Origin: Ignicoccus pacificus DSM 13166
Lineage (GTDB): Archaea; Thermoproteota; Thermoprotei_A; Sulfolobales; Ignicoccaceae
Direction: 5' to 3'
Assembly: GCA_025340205.1 (NCBI GenBank)
Contig: CP006868.1
Span: 1,110,001 to 1,142,000, forward strand
DNA length: 32,000 bases
Below are positions 23,413 to 31,859 of the stretch, piece by piece. Position 1 is the first letter of the stretch; the number at the start of each line of letters is the position of its first letter. The position numbers and the translations under genes were made by a program. Below the pieces are notes generated by a model. The model had not been told where the DNA came from and did not search any database. It saw nothing but the letters and a program-made list of their open reading frames with translations.

Positions 23413-23427
23413 CGTTATACCCTATGC

Positions 23428-25047
23428 TTGTACAATGCTGAGAAGGGGAAAAGTGTGGTCGAGTACAGGCCCAGCCAGCTTTACCCCCTCCTAACGGAGT
23501 ACTACTTACTCCAAGGAAGGCTTAGGTCAGCGGTACCGCTGCTCTTAGGCCCTCCGGGCGTCGGCAAGAGCACCGTTTCCGAGGACTCCTTCGTTCAGCT
23601 GAGCAACGCCCTAGTAAGGCTAGCTGTCGAGAGAGGGGTTTCCTTTGACACTCTAGAGAGAAGGGCGAGGGAGATAGCGGAAAAGTGCTCAAGGGACGAC
23701 ATCTGCTCTTCCGTATATCAAGAGATCTTAAGAATTTATGATACCGAGGAAGGGAAGAGAGCAATAGAACCGATCCTCAAGAAGGTGCCAAAGGCACTGA
23801 AAACCGCCGAAGCTGTAAAGGAGATATACGGCAAGGATCTAGTAAGGGGTGCGAGCGTATTTTACGACAACTCGATTGAAAAGAAGCTCTATGAAGACTC
23901 CTTTGTCATCGTTAACCTCACCGTCTCTATACACGAGCCTCCCGACCTTCTGGGCGTGCCGGTGATCAACGACGGAGTTATGGACTACGCCTCCCCAGGA
24001 TGGGCGAAGGCCTTAAGGGACTCGCTCCTCGGCGTCTTGATATTGGATGAGTTTACCAACGTTATGAACGACATGCTGAAAAACGCTATGTACAGCTTGG
24101 TCTTAGAGAGGAGAAGCGGCTTCATAAGGTTCAACAAACCCATAGTTGCTACCGGAAACATGTCACAACACTCCGAACTGGTCGACACCTTGCCAGCTCC
24201 CTTGATAATGGGCAGAATGGCCTTGATAGAGGTGGCATCGCCAACTCTCAAGGAATGGACGGAGTACATGAATAGAAAGTACGGCGAAAGGTGGTACAAG
24301 CCTCTGGCACCGATCTTGGACATGTTTCACAGCATTACGGGAGATGTCTTCATAGCGAAAGAGGAGAGGATGAGAAACGCCTACTCGGTAGTGCCCGGAG
24401 AGACGAAGCCTTACCCCACTCCTAGGGCCTGGGAGTGCGTAGCTACCCACCTCTACGTGCTCTCGAAGATGAAACTGGATCCGGAGGAGAAAAGGGAAAG
24501 GGCGAAGAACTTGGTGATATCGCTAGTAGGCGATGAGAACTACATGATCGAAGAGGTAATAGCGGAGGCGTTAGTGCCTACCGGTATTTCCGAAGAGGAG
24601 ATAGAGAGGCTTCAAGAGGCTATAGAGAGGTGGGACTTAGAGGTTCTTAAAGAGACCATTCATGAATCAAGAGAAGCCTTGTCCCCAAGCAGGATAGAGG
24701 AGATAATAAGAAAGCTCAACGAAGTATTCACCCAAGAGAGGAAGCCGGGAGAGGAGCTGCTAAGAAGCGCGAAGAAGGCGTTCAGCGATCTCTACACAAG
24801 CGTGGTCAAGTTATCTTACATCATTTCACGGGTAAAGGAGAGATGGGATGGAACGTGCGACGAGAGGGCGAGGCTACTAAGGGAATGTATGGAGGTCATA
24901 CCCATCCCGGACGAAGATATCGTGCAAGATGATGACGACTATAAGAAGGTAATAGTGAATGCATTGGTTAATACGTTCAACATAATGGTAGGGGACGAGG
25001 TAAGGGAGCTGAAGGAGAAGTTGGATGAGAAGTGTGGAACGGAATAA
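23428..25047 (+). CDS. MoxR-like (AAA_5-type) AAA+ ATPase with a long insert and an extended helical C-terminal region
   Basis: Walker A is LLLGPPGVGKST. Walker B is GVLILDEFTNV. A sensor-1-like VATGN is present. About 150 aa separate Walker A and B. The C-terminal ~200 aa are Glu/Lys/Arg-rich. The start is uncertain (TTG 23428 or in-frame GTG 23455). Confidence 0.7.
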   Translation: MYNAEKGKSVVEYRPSQLYPLLTEYYLLQGRLRSAVPLLLGPPGVGKSTVSEDSFVQLSNALVRLAVERGVSFDTLERRAREIAEKCSRDDICSSVYQEILRIYDTEEGKRAIEPILKKVPKALKTAEAVKEIYGKDLVRGASVFYDNSIEKKLYEDSFVIVNLTVSIHEPPDLLGVPVINDGVMDYASPGWAKALRDSLLGVLILDEFTNVMNDMLKNAMYSLVLERRSGFIRFNKPIVATGNMSQHSELVDTLPAPLIMGRMALIEVASPTLKEWTEYMNRKYGERWYKPLAPILDMFHSITGDVFIAKEERMRNAYSVVPGETKPYPTPRAWECVATHLYVLSKMKLDPEEKRERAKNLVISLVGDENYMIEEVIAEALVPTGISEEEIERLQEAIERWDLEVLKETIHESREALSPSRIEEIIRKLNEVFTQERKPGEELLRSAKKAFSDLYTSVVKLSYIISRVKERWDGTCDERARLLRECMEVIPIPDEDIVQDDDDYKKVIVNALVNTFNIMVGDEVRELKEKLDEKCGTE

Positions 25048-25056
25048 AAAGGGGTT

Positions 25057-25746
25057 TTAGCAGTCCCTGCAGAGGAACTTGGCGGCCTCCTCCACGTCCT
25101 CCTTGGGAGCCTCCTCGTGGCAGAACCACCAGTCGAAGCACTCGTACTTCTGTAGCCTCTCCTTGGCCTCCTCCTCGGTGGCGGCTGGGGGCACTATTAC
25201 GTGGTCGCCGATGAGCTCGTTCTTGGGCCACTTAGCCGGCAGAGCCCTTCCTAGCTTGTCGGTCACTTGCAGTCCCTTCAGTAGCCTCAGTATCTCGTCG
25301 ATGTTCCTGCCGACGTTGAGCGGGTAGTAGAGTATAGCCCTGACCTTGCCCTCGGGGTCCACTATGAACACGGCCCTTACGGTTACCACTCCTCCCTCGG
25401 GGTGGAGCATTCCTAGCTTCTTGGCGACCTCTCCCAGGGGGTCAGCGATTATGGGGAAGGGTATCTCTACATTGAACTTCTCCTTGATCCACTCCTTCCA
25501 CTTGATGTGGCTGAACACGTTGTCCACGCTGAGACCTAGTAGCTCAGCGTTTAGCTTCTTGAAGTCCTCATACCTCTTGGCGAAGGCCACGAACTCGGTG
25601 GTACAGACGGGGGTGAAGTCGGCAGGGTGGCTGAAGATCACCAACCACTTGCCCTTGTAGTCGTCGGGTAGCTTCTTAGGACCGTGGTCAGTGCTAACGG
25701 TCATCTCGGGTAGCTTCTCACCTATGAGCGGGATGTTTCCGGGCAT
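25057..25746 (-). CDS. Peroxiredoxin (archaeal Prx6-type thioredoxin peroxidase)
   Basis: [15 protein letters not shown]..., [14 protein letters not shown] (peroxidatic Cys) and C-terminal CFDWWFC match the Aeropyrum-type Prx as I recall it. The internal ATG at 25746 is preferred to the track start at 25797. Confidence 0.9.
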   Translation of the reverse strand: MPGNIPLIGEKLPEMTVSTDHGPKKLPDDYKGKWLVIFSHPADFTPVCTTEFVAFAKRYEDFKKLNAELLGLSVDNVFSHIKWKEWIKEKFNVEIPFPIIADPLGEVAKKLGMLHPEGGVVTVRAVFIVDPEGKVRAILYYPLNVGRNIDEILRLLKGLQVTDKLGRALPAKWPKNELIGDHVIVPPAATEEEAKERLQKYECFDWWFCHEEAPKEDVEEAAKFLCRDC

Positions 25747-25974
25747 CTCTCTCACTCCGCTACACACTACCGTGAACGGCGTTAAAAGTGAGGACATTCG
25801 ATAGTCTCATCGGACTACTATTGATTAGAGCTCCAAACATAAGCTCCGAATATATATATTCGAAGAGCGAACCCAGTAGGGGGCCTCTGTGTTAGATGAG
25901 TCAACCATCAGTTACCTATAGAAGGCTTTGATGGGAGGTAAAGAATCGAACCCCTTAAACCTCTTTGAACCCCC

Positions 25975-26802
25975 TTAAAGTGGAGCCATCTTGGTCGTAG
26001 CGTCTAGGGGCTTGGACCAGTATGGGGCGGAGGTCAATATAGCGTCTACGAAGGCGTACTCCTTAACGTTCTCCAGCTTAATCCCTCCAGCAGCTATTAC
26101 CTTAGCTCTGTCATTGATCGACTTCACCCTTTCGTAAAGCGTCCTAAGCTCATCCGGCTTTAGATGGTCCGCCTGTATCCACTCGAATCCCTCCTTTACA
26201 GCGATAACTGCCTTCTCGACGCTATCTACCTCTATTACTATCTTCTTATCCCAGACCAAGTCGCTGTTCTTCAGCCTTCTCAGAGCCTCTTCAAAGGAGA
26301 TGAATACCGTGTGGTTGTCGAACAGGATAACCGTGTCACTCAGAGACGTTCGATGGAGAGAAGCTCCTCCGCAGATAACTCCCTTGTAATAGAGGTGCCT
26401 GCAAGGAGGAGCCTTCCTCGCTACAATAACCTTAACGTTAGGATTAATGCTCTTAGCTGCCTCGACCATCTTCCTAGTATAGGTGGCAACTCCAGAGGCT
26501 AGGGCAACGACGTTTTGAGCCACCCTCCAAGCTTTGTGAAGGGCTTCGGCCCTTCCCACCGCCCTCAAGACAACCCCTTCTTCCTCAACCCCTTCTTCAG
26601 CAACCTCAACTTCATCTGCTCCGGCCTTGAGGTAGATCCTAGCAGCCTCCCTAGCTCCGCACAGGACCCCCTTCTCCCTCAACATGATCTCAGCCATTCC
26701 TTCCTTGTCGCCTATGCCCAGAGCTTGAGTGGTCAAGTCGAAGAGACCTACGTCTTCTCTTAGCCACTCATCAATGATCATTTCTGGAATTAAGAGATCC
26801 AA
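25975..26802 (-). CDS. nadC: Nicotinate-nucleotide pyrophosphorylase family protein (NadC/ModD-like type II PRTase)
   Basis: REDVGLFDLTT, NVVALASGVATYT, ARKAPPCRHL..KGVICGGASLHRTSLSDTVILFDNH and AAGGIKLENV follow the QPRTase motif order. ARKAPP deviates from the usual TRKT.PG. Confidence 0.6.
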   Translation of the reverse strand: MDLLIPEMIIDEWLREDVGLFDLTTQALGIGDKEGMAEIMLREKGVLCGAREAARIYLKAGADEVEVAEEGVEEEGVVLRAVGRAEALHKAWRVAQNVVALASGVATYTRKMVEAAKSINPNVKVIVARKAPPCRHLYYKGVICGGASLHRTSLSDTVILFDNHTVFISFEEALRRLKNSDLVWDKKIVIEVDSVEKAVIAVKEGFEWIQADHLKPDELRTLYERVKSINDRAKVIAAGGIKLENVKEYAFVDAILTSAPYWSKPLDATTKMAPL

Positions 26803-26822
26803 GGGATTCCCCTATTGACTGC

Positions 26823-27683
26823 TCAGAAAGCGCTTTTACACCTCACGAAGCGCCTTCCCTTGTATACGACGACGTAACAGTTGCTGGGGATCTCGCGGAA
26901 CCTCTCGAAGGGTACCGGGTGGACCTTCGCTATCTTCACAAGCTCTCCTTCGTCTTCAGGATAGAACTTAAAGGGATCATCGGTTAGGGGAACTACGTTG
27001 TCCCCTATCACCTCCTTGAATATCTCGTAAGCCAGCTCTATGTTTCCCGCCTTCACCGGGAGCGCTGGCGGTCTGGTGGGTATCGCTATGAATGCAGTTT
27101 GAGGTTTGAGCTGAGCTATTATGTTAGCTATCTCCCTAAGTTGCTCCTCGTCGTCATTCATGCCTGCAATTATCATGGTTTCAGTGACCAACTTGCCCTT
27201 GTACGATCTGGCGAACCTGAGCATGCCCCCTATTACTTCCTCGAACTTGAGGGAAGGGTGAGGAGCGTTGATCCTCCTCCAGACCCCCTCATCGCCGGCG
27301 TCTATCTTAACGGAGACCACGTCGAACATCCTGGCATCTTCCCTAGCCTCTTCGTCGTAAAGCAAGCTCCCGTTCGTGAGCAGAACAACCTCCTTGCCGC
27401 TCAGCGCCCTTGCTAGAAGAGCGCACTCCCAAGCCTTCGAGTCCAGGAGGGGCTCTCCGCTGGGAACGAAGGTAACCACGTCGAAGTCTGCCTTTACCCT
27501 CCTTAATTCCAACGCGAAGTCCTTAGGTCTGCAGAAGGGAGCCCTTTCGGTCGTGACCTCTCCTAGGCCTAGCTGACAATATGGGCAAGAGTAGGTGCAT
27601 ATCTTAGATGGGAAGGGGTCCACTCCTAAGCTCCAGCCGAAGCGCCTAGACCAAACGGGTCCGAATAACACACTTCTTACCAT
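26823..27683 (-). CDS. Radical SAM domain protein (function unknown)
   Basis: GPVWSRRFGWSLGVDPFPSKICTYSCPYCQLG contains the CxxxCxxC cluster motif near the N-terminus. 286 aa. It lies 20 nt upstream of the NadC/ModD-like gene on the same strand. Confidence 0.7.
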   Translation of the reverse strand: MVRSVLFGPVWSRRFGWSLGVDPFPSKICTYSCPYCQLGLGEVTTERAPFCRPKDFALELRRVKADFDVVTFVPSGEPLLDSKAWECALLARALSGKEVVLLTNGSLLYDEEAREDARMFDVVSVKIDAGDEGVWRRINAPHPSLKFEEVIGGMLRFARSYKGKLVTETMIIAGMNDDEEQLREIANIIAQLKPQTAFIAIPTRPPALPVKAGNIELAYEIFKEVIGDNVVPLTDDPFKFYPEDEGELVKIAKVHPVPFERFREIPSNCYVVVYKGRRFVRCKSAF

Positions 27684-27764
27684 AGTTACATAGGTTGGTG
27701 TGAATATGAGCCTTCTTATTCAAGCAATAGCGTTTAAGATAATGGGTCGCTTAGCCCACCTCGG

Positions 27765-28700
27765 TTGTCGAGGATGTATAGGGTTCTCGTAACCGATAAG
27801 GTGCAGCCGGAAGGCCTCGAAATGCTCAAGGAGAAGGGATTTGAGGTAGTTGTAGATCTAGACGCATACAAGCCCGAGGTTCTAAAAGAGAGAATAAAGG
27901 GTTTCGACGTTCTCATAGTTAGGAGCAGAACCAAGGTGACTAGGGAAGTTATAGAGAGCGCCGACAAGCTCAAGGTAATAGCTAGGGCCGGCAGCGGCCT
28001 CGACAACATAGACTTGGAGGCAGCCAAGGAGAAGGGAATAAAGGTAGTCAACGCTCCGGACGCTCTAAAGAATGCTGTTGCAGAACTAGTAATTGCCATG
28101 ATGATTACCGTTGCTAGGAGAGCCCACTACAGCTACAGAGCTATGCTTGATGGTAAGTGGGAGAAGGTCATGGGCTTTGAGATAGCTGGGAAGAGGTTGG
28201 CGATAATAGGGTTCGGAAGGATAGGAAGGGAGGTCGCTAAAAAGGCGAAGGCCCTAGGAATGAGCGTAATAGGCTACGACGTCTTCGATTTAAGCGACCT
28301 AGCCAAGGAGATAGGAGTTGAATTCACCCAGAACTTGGAGGAAGTCATTAAGGATGCAGACTTCATAACCCTCCACGTTCCCTTGACCCCTCAGACTAGG
28401 AACATGATAAATGAGGAGCTGATAAACAAGATGAAGGATGGTGTAATAATAATAAACGCAGCCAGGGGAGAGGTTATGGACTACAAGGCCCTCCTAGAGG
28501 CGCTGAAGAGCGGTAAGGTAGGGGGAGCTGCCTTGGACGTCTACCCCGAGGAGCCTCCCAAGAGCGAATGGCTGAGGGAGCTGGTAGCCCATCCCAACGT
28601 CTTCGCTACCGCCCACATAGGAGCTCAGACTAAGGAGGCGCAGAAGAGGACCTCCATAGAGATCGCTAAGAGGATAATGGAGGCCCTCGGAGTCCAGTAA
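27765..28700 (+). CDS. serA: D-isomer-specific 2-hydroxyacid dehydrogenase (D-3-phosphoglycerate dehydrogenase-like)
   Basis: [20 protein letters not shown] is the NAD-binding GxGxxG. LHVPLT..T, NAARGE and AALDVY..EP plus a final HIGAQT give the catalytic Arg/Glu/His layout. ATG at 27774 (MYRVLVTD) is an alternative start. Confidence 0.8.
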   Translation: MSRMYRVLVTDKVQPEGLEMLKEKGFEVVVDLDAYKPEVLKERIKGFDVLIVRSRTKVTREVIESADKLKVIARAGSGLDNIDLEAAKEKGIKVVNAPDALKNAVAELVIAMMITVARRAHYSYRAMLDGKWEKVMGFEIAGKRLAIIGFGRIGREVAKKAKALGMSVIGYDVFDLSDLAKEIGVEFTQNLEEVIKDADFITLHVPLTPQTRNMINEELINKMKDGVIIINAARGEVMDYKALLEALKSGKVGGAALDVYPEEPPKSEWLRELVAHPNVFATAHIGAQTKEAQKRTSIEIAKRIMEALGVQ

Positions 28701-28701
28701 G

Positions 28702-29277
28702 GTGGACCTTTTGGAGTGCCCAGCTTCCGATGTTATAGAAGTGATGAGGATTTTATACCAGAAGGGATTGATAACGGTACTTAGTGGAAACGCTAGCGTT
28801 AGGTGCGGAAATCACTTTCTCATAACTCCTTCCGGGACCCCCAAGCACAAGATCTCCGAGCTGGCGTTGGTGAACTTGAATACGTTGGAATGGGTAGGAC
28901 CTAAGCCTTCGATAGAGTATCGAATGCATGCCCAGTTCTATTTAAAGAGCAACTTCAAGGCTGTGGTCCATGCCCACAACCCCATGACGGTGCTCTTGGC
29001 CGACGTGAAGCCGGAGCTGCTCGACCCCTCTCCTTACGTGGAATCGAGGTATGCGATAAAGAGAATTGGAGTTGTGGAGAGGCTCGAGGCGGGGAGCGAG
29101 GAGCTGGCCCTAGCGGTGGGAAGGGAGGTGGAGAAGGGAGCGGACGTGGTCGTGATGAAGGGGCATGGAGCTATAGCGGGTGGAAAGGATCCTTACGATG
29201 CCCTTAACAAGATAGAGGCCTTGGAATATCTGAGCGCTCTGGCTATTGAGAAGCTCAAGCTTAGGTCCCAGACCTAA
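28702..29277 (+). CDS. Class II aldolase/adducin-family protein (FucA/MtnB-like)
   Basis: SGNASVR....FLITPSG, SIEYRMH, VVHAHNP and KGHGAIAGG are the family's Glu plus three His metal-site blocks. The GTG start is 1 nt after the upstream stop. Confidence 0.8.
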   Translation: MDLLECPASDVIEVMRILYQKGLITVLSGNASVRCGNHFLITPSGTPKHKISELALVNLNTLEWVGPKPSIEYRMHAQFYLKSNFKAVVHAHNPMTVLLADVKPELLDPSPYVESRYAIKRIGVVERLEAGSEELALAVGREVEKGADVVVMKGHGAIAGGKDPYDALNKIEALEYLSALAIEKLKLRSQT

Positions 29278-29317
29278 CCCCTTTAGTCCCTTACCAAGCT
29301 ATGGAACTGGTGATAAC

Positions 29318-30229
29318 GTGCTGACGCTCAAGGAGCTCGTAAAGGGTGAGCTGCCGCAAGTAAGGCCCGAGGACACGCTGAAGGAAGCGGCGAAGGTGAT
29401 ATACGAGGGAGGCCTTGGAGCGGCGTTATCCCTAGACAGACAAGGAAGGGTAACTTACATGATAACGAAGATGGATATAGCAAAGGCACTGGCAAGAGGA
29501 GATGACTTGGAGATAGCGACCGTGGAGGACTACGGGACTCCCTCCCCCCTCCAGGCTCAAGCGAACACTGACTTGATAACAGCGCTAAAGCTAATGAAGG
29601 AGTACAAGGTATCTCACTTGCCAGTAATAGAGAACGAGAGGGTAATAGGACTGGTCTACATAAGGGACGTGGTCTTCTCCTTGATCGACCACCTTCCAAG
29701 AGGAAAGGCCTCGGTGAGTCAAGTAGCTAAGAGAGCTCCCAGAGTTCCTCCGGATTCTACCGTCGCTGAGGCGGCATCTGAGATGGTGATGGCTGACTGC
29801 GAAGCAGTCTTCGTGGACGGAACCCTCCTTACTGATACGGACGTGGTGAGGGCCTCCGCTTACGGAGATCCCTACGCTGAAAAGGCCTCCAAGTACTCGA
29901 CTAAGAGGATTATTACGACTGACGCCAAGAGCGACCTGGAGTGTGCAGTGAGGCTGATGAAGGCCAACGGAGTAGGAAAGCTCGTGGTGTGGAAGGAGAA
30001 GATAGTGAGTGTTAGAGACATAGGCTATCTAATACCTGATATAGTCAAGAGGCTAACGAAGTACATAGTGCTAATCAAAGGGGAACTCCCCCAGATCAAG
30101 GGAACCGAGCTCATCAGAACGGTAGGCGACTTCGACGCCATAGCGATTGTGGAGGGAGACGAGGAGCTGTTCAAGTTAGTCGATAAGTTGAAGGATAACG
30201 AGATAAAGATCTTGGTGGAGAGGCCTTGA
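29318..30229 (+). CDS. CBS-domain repeat protein
   Basis: Repeated CBS-like units are present (V.PEDTLKEAAKVIYEGGLGAA.., L..ALKLMKEYKVSHLPVIENERVIGLVYIRDV, V.EAASEMVMADCEAVFV, AVRLMKANGVGKLVV). I use the in-frame GTG at 29318. The track start at 29246 would overlap the aldolase gene with a Pro/Ser-rich non-protein-like leader. Confidence 0.7.
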   Translation: MLTLKELVKGELPQVRPEDTLKEAAKVIYEGGLGAALSLDRQGRVTYMITKMDIAKALARGDDLEIATVEDYGTPSPLQAQANTDLITALKLMKEYKVSHLPVIENERVIGLVYIRDVVFSLIDHLPRGKASVSQVAKRAPRVPPDSTVAEAASEMVMADCEAVFVDGTLLTDTDVVRASAYGDPYAEKASKYSTKRIITTDAKSDLECAVRLMKANGVGKLVVWKEKIVSVRDIGYLIPDIVKRLTKYIVLIKGELPQIKGTELIRTVGDFDAIAIVEGDEELFKLVDKLKDNEIKILVERP

Positions 30230-30822
30230 GTAAGCTGGTCCCTTGGATAGCGAGCCCGGTTAAGGTGGTCGAGGAGGTAACCAAGCTGGCCCGGATAGGG
30301 CCGGGGGACGTGGTTTACGACCTGGGCTCCGGGGATGGGAGGGTAATAGTGCTCACCTCCAAGCTAACCGGAGCTAGGGGAGTCGGAGTTGAGATAGATC
30401 CAGCCTTGATAGTGATTTCTGAGGAAAAGGCGAAGGAATACGGGGTTCAAGACAAGGTCAAATTCCTGCAAAAAGACTTCAGAGAGGTAGACTTGAGCGA
30501 GGCAACTGTTGTTTACTTGTACATATACTACAATGTAATAAAGGAATATCTATTGGAAAAGCTCGAGAACGAGCTCAAGCCGGGTACTAGAGTGGTCACG
30601 CTGGAGATACCGGTGCCCGGCTGGATGCCGGTAGTGAAGAGGGGGGTGCAAGACGAAGCTGGAGTGGTGAGGACCTTGTACTTGTACATCAAGGGAATCT
30701 CGGAGCCCAGCGCTTGGAAGAACGATGAAGCCAGCGACGAATGGATGGAGGAGTTCAGGAGAAGGCTCTGGGGGAATGTCAAGAAACCGTCACTGAAGGT
30801 TGCAGATGACACAAGTGGTTGA
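30226..30822 (+). CDS. Class I SAM-dependent methyltransferase
   Basis: VYDLGSGDGRVIV (motif I, GxGxG), GVEID (motif II acidic residue) and VVYLY are present. The TTG start overlaps the upstream TGA. Confidence 0.75.
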   Translation: MSKLVPWIASPVKVVEEVTKLARIGPGDVVYDLGSGDGRVIVLTSKLTGARGVGVEIDPALIVISEEKAKEYGVQDKVKFLQKDFREVDLSEATVVYLYIYYNVIKEYLLEKLENELKPGTRVVTLEIPVPGWMPVVKRGVQDEAGVVRTLYLYIKGISEPSAWKNDEASDEWMEEFRRRLWGNVKKPSLKVADDTSG

Positions 30823-31266
30823 GGCTCCCACGAACTTTATCTTAGCTCCGCTATAGGGCTTGTCCGCAAATAAGCAGACCGCTTCCCTACCCCTTAGCAA
30901 GTTCTGTTGTCCGGTGTAGACCTTTATTATCGTGTTGGTGGTAGGGGAGAGGATCTGTACCCCTCCTACCGTTCCCCCGGTCGGAGTGTATATTATCACG
31001 TAGATTAGGTAAGGTAAGCTAGTATTCCCGTATATTACCGGCTTGTCCGTGCTGAGGGCGCCGTCCTCATAGAGGGCCTTCGTCATGTTTATGCACGCTT
31101 GATAAGCTAAGGTGTCGTTCTTCAGGAGCTTTACGTCGTAGATGACCACCAGAGGCTGGGGACCCCCCTCTTGGGGAGGCCTCATGGCGGTCATGAGTAC
31201 AGCTATGGCAGCTGCTACTATTCCCATAAGAACCGCTACTTCGAGAGCAGCTAGGCCCCTGTGCAT
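30790..31266 (-). CDS. Type IV pilin-like protein (archaeal class III signal peptide)
   Basis: The internal ATG at 31266 gives MHRGLAALEVAVLMGIVAAAIAVLM, which is basic residues, Gly, a hydrophobic helix and Glu at +5 after the putative RG|L cleavage. N-glycosylation sequons are NDT, NMT and NTS. The longer track ORF has a non-protein-like, Arg-rich N-terminus. Confidence 0.6.
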   Translation of the reverse strand: MHRGLAALEVAVLMGIVAAAIAVLMTAMRPPQEGGPQPLVVIYDVKLLKNDTLAYQACINMTKALYEDGALSTDKPVIYGNTSLPYLIYVIIYTPTGGTVGGVQILSPTTNTIIKVYTGQQNLLRGREAVCLFADKPYSGAKIKFVGASTTCVICNLQ

Positions 31267-31856
31267 GATCTCACCGCCCAAACCGTCTCGGGTTGATTCG
31301 TCGTGGTGTTTATGTATGATACTTGACCTACGTAACAGAAAGCTATCTTCTCCGCCCCGTTCGGATAGACCACGTGGAGCTCGGCGAAGCCGTTGAAGGT
31401 TGGGTTGGGGCACGGGAGCGCGGGCTGTAAGTTATTCGGTTTGAAGATGTAGACGGTTACGTTGCCTTGTATTGTAGTGGTCAGGTATTGAGGTACGAAC
31501 TTACCTGTTATGACATAGAATATGGGGGCGCCGGAGCATACCATAGGTATTACTACATATGCGCTGTAAGTAGATGTCGGTAAGGTGGAGTAGCAGTACG
31601 TCGCGTTTGAGATCGACGAGTTTACGGTCAGGTCTATGTAAGTGGGGGTATTAGGATCCAAGCCGACTAAGTAATTGTCCATGCAATTAAGCATGGCCAT
31701 TGTGGCTTGGCTGACCGTGCCCATAGCTTCTATCCTCTTCTGGGCACTCACGCTGCTCCTCTGCCATTGGACGGCCATCCACGACAGAGCACCTAGCACC
31801 ACCAAGGCGAGAAGCATGGCGGCGTAGAGCTCGGCGGATCCCCTCAGTTTCTTCAA
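31251..31856 (-). CDS. Type IV pilin-like protein (archaeal class III signal peptide)
   Basis: MKKLRGSAELYAAMLLALVVLGALSW is KK..RG followed by a hydrophobic helix. It has many sequons (NSS, NAT, NVT, NTT). The TTG start is used. The 3' end overlaps the next pilin-like gene by 16 nt. Confidence 0.6.
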   Translation of the reverse strand: MKKLRGSAELYAAMLLALVVLGALSWMAVQWQRSSVSAQKRIEAMGTVSQATMAMLNCMDNYLVGLDPNTPTYIDLTVNSSISNATYCYSTLPTSTYSAYVVIPMVCSGAPIFYVITGKFVPQYLTTTIQGNVTVYIFKPNNLQPALPCPNPTFNGFAELHVVYPNGAEKIAFCYVGQVSYINTTTNQPETVWAVRSCTGA

Positions 31857-31859
31857 GTC

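Noticed and set aside
25747-25797. Longer peroxiredoxin start ([17 protein letters not shown]-)
   Set aside because: The [10 protein letters not shown].. N-terminus matches the start of archaeal Prx proteins as I recall them. The 17-aa extension has no counterpart.
25943-25954. GAATCGAACCCC, which is GGGGTTCGATTC on the minus strand and resembles a tRNA T-arm (possible tRNA or att remnant)
   Set aside because: The flanking sequence does not form a T stem, acceptor stem or anticodon arm, and no integrase is nearby. The nearby duplicated CCCCTTAAA (25951-25959 and 25971-25979) is too short to interpret.
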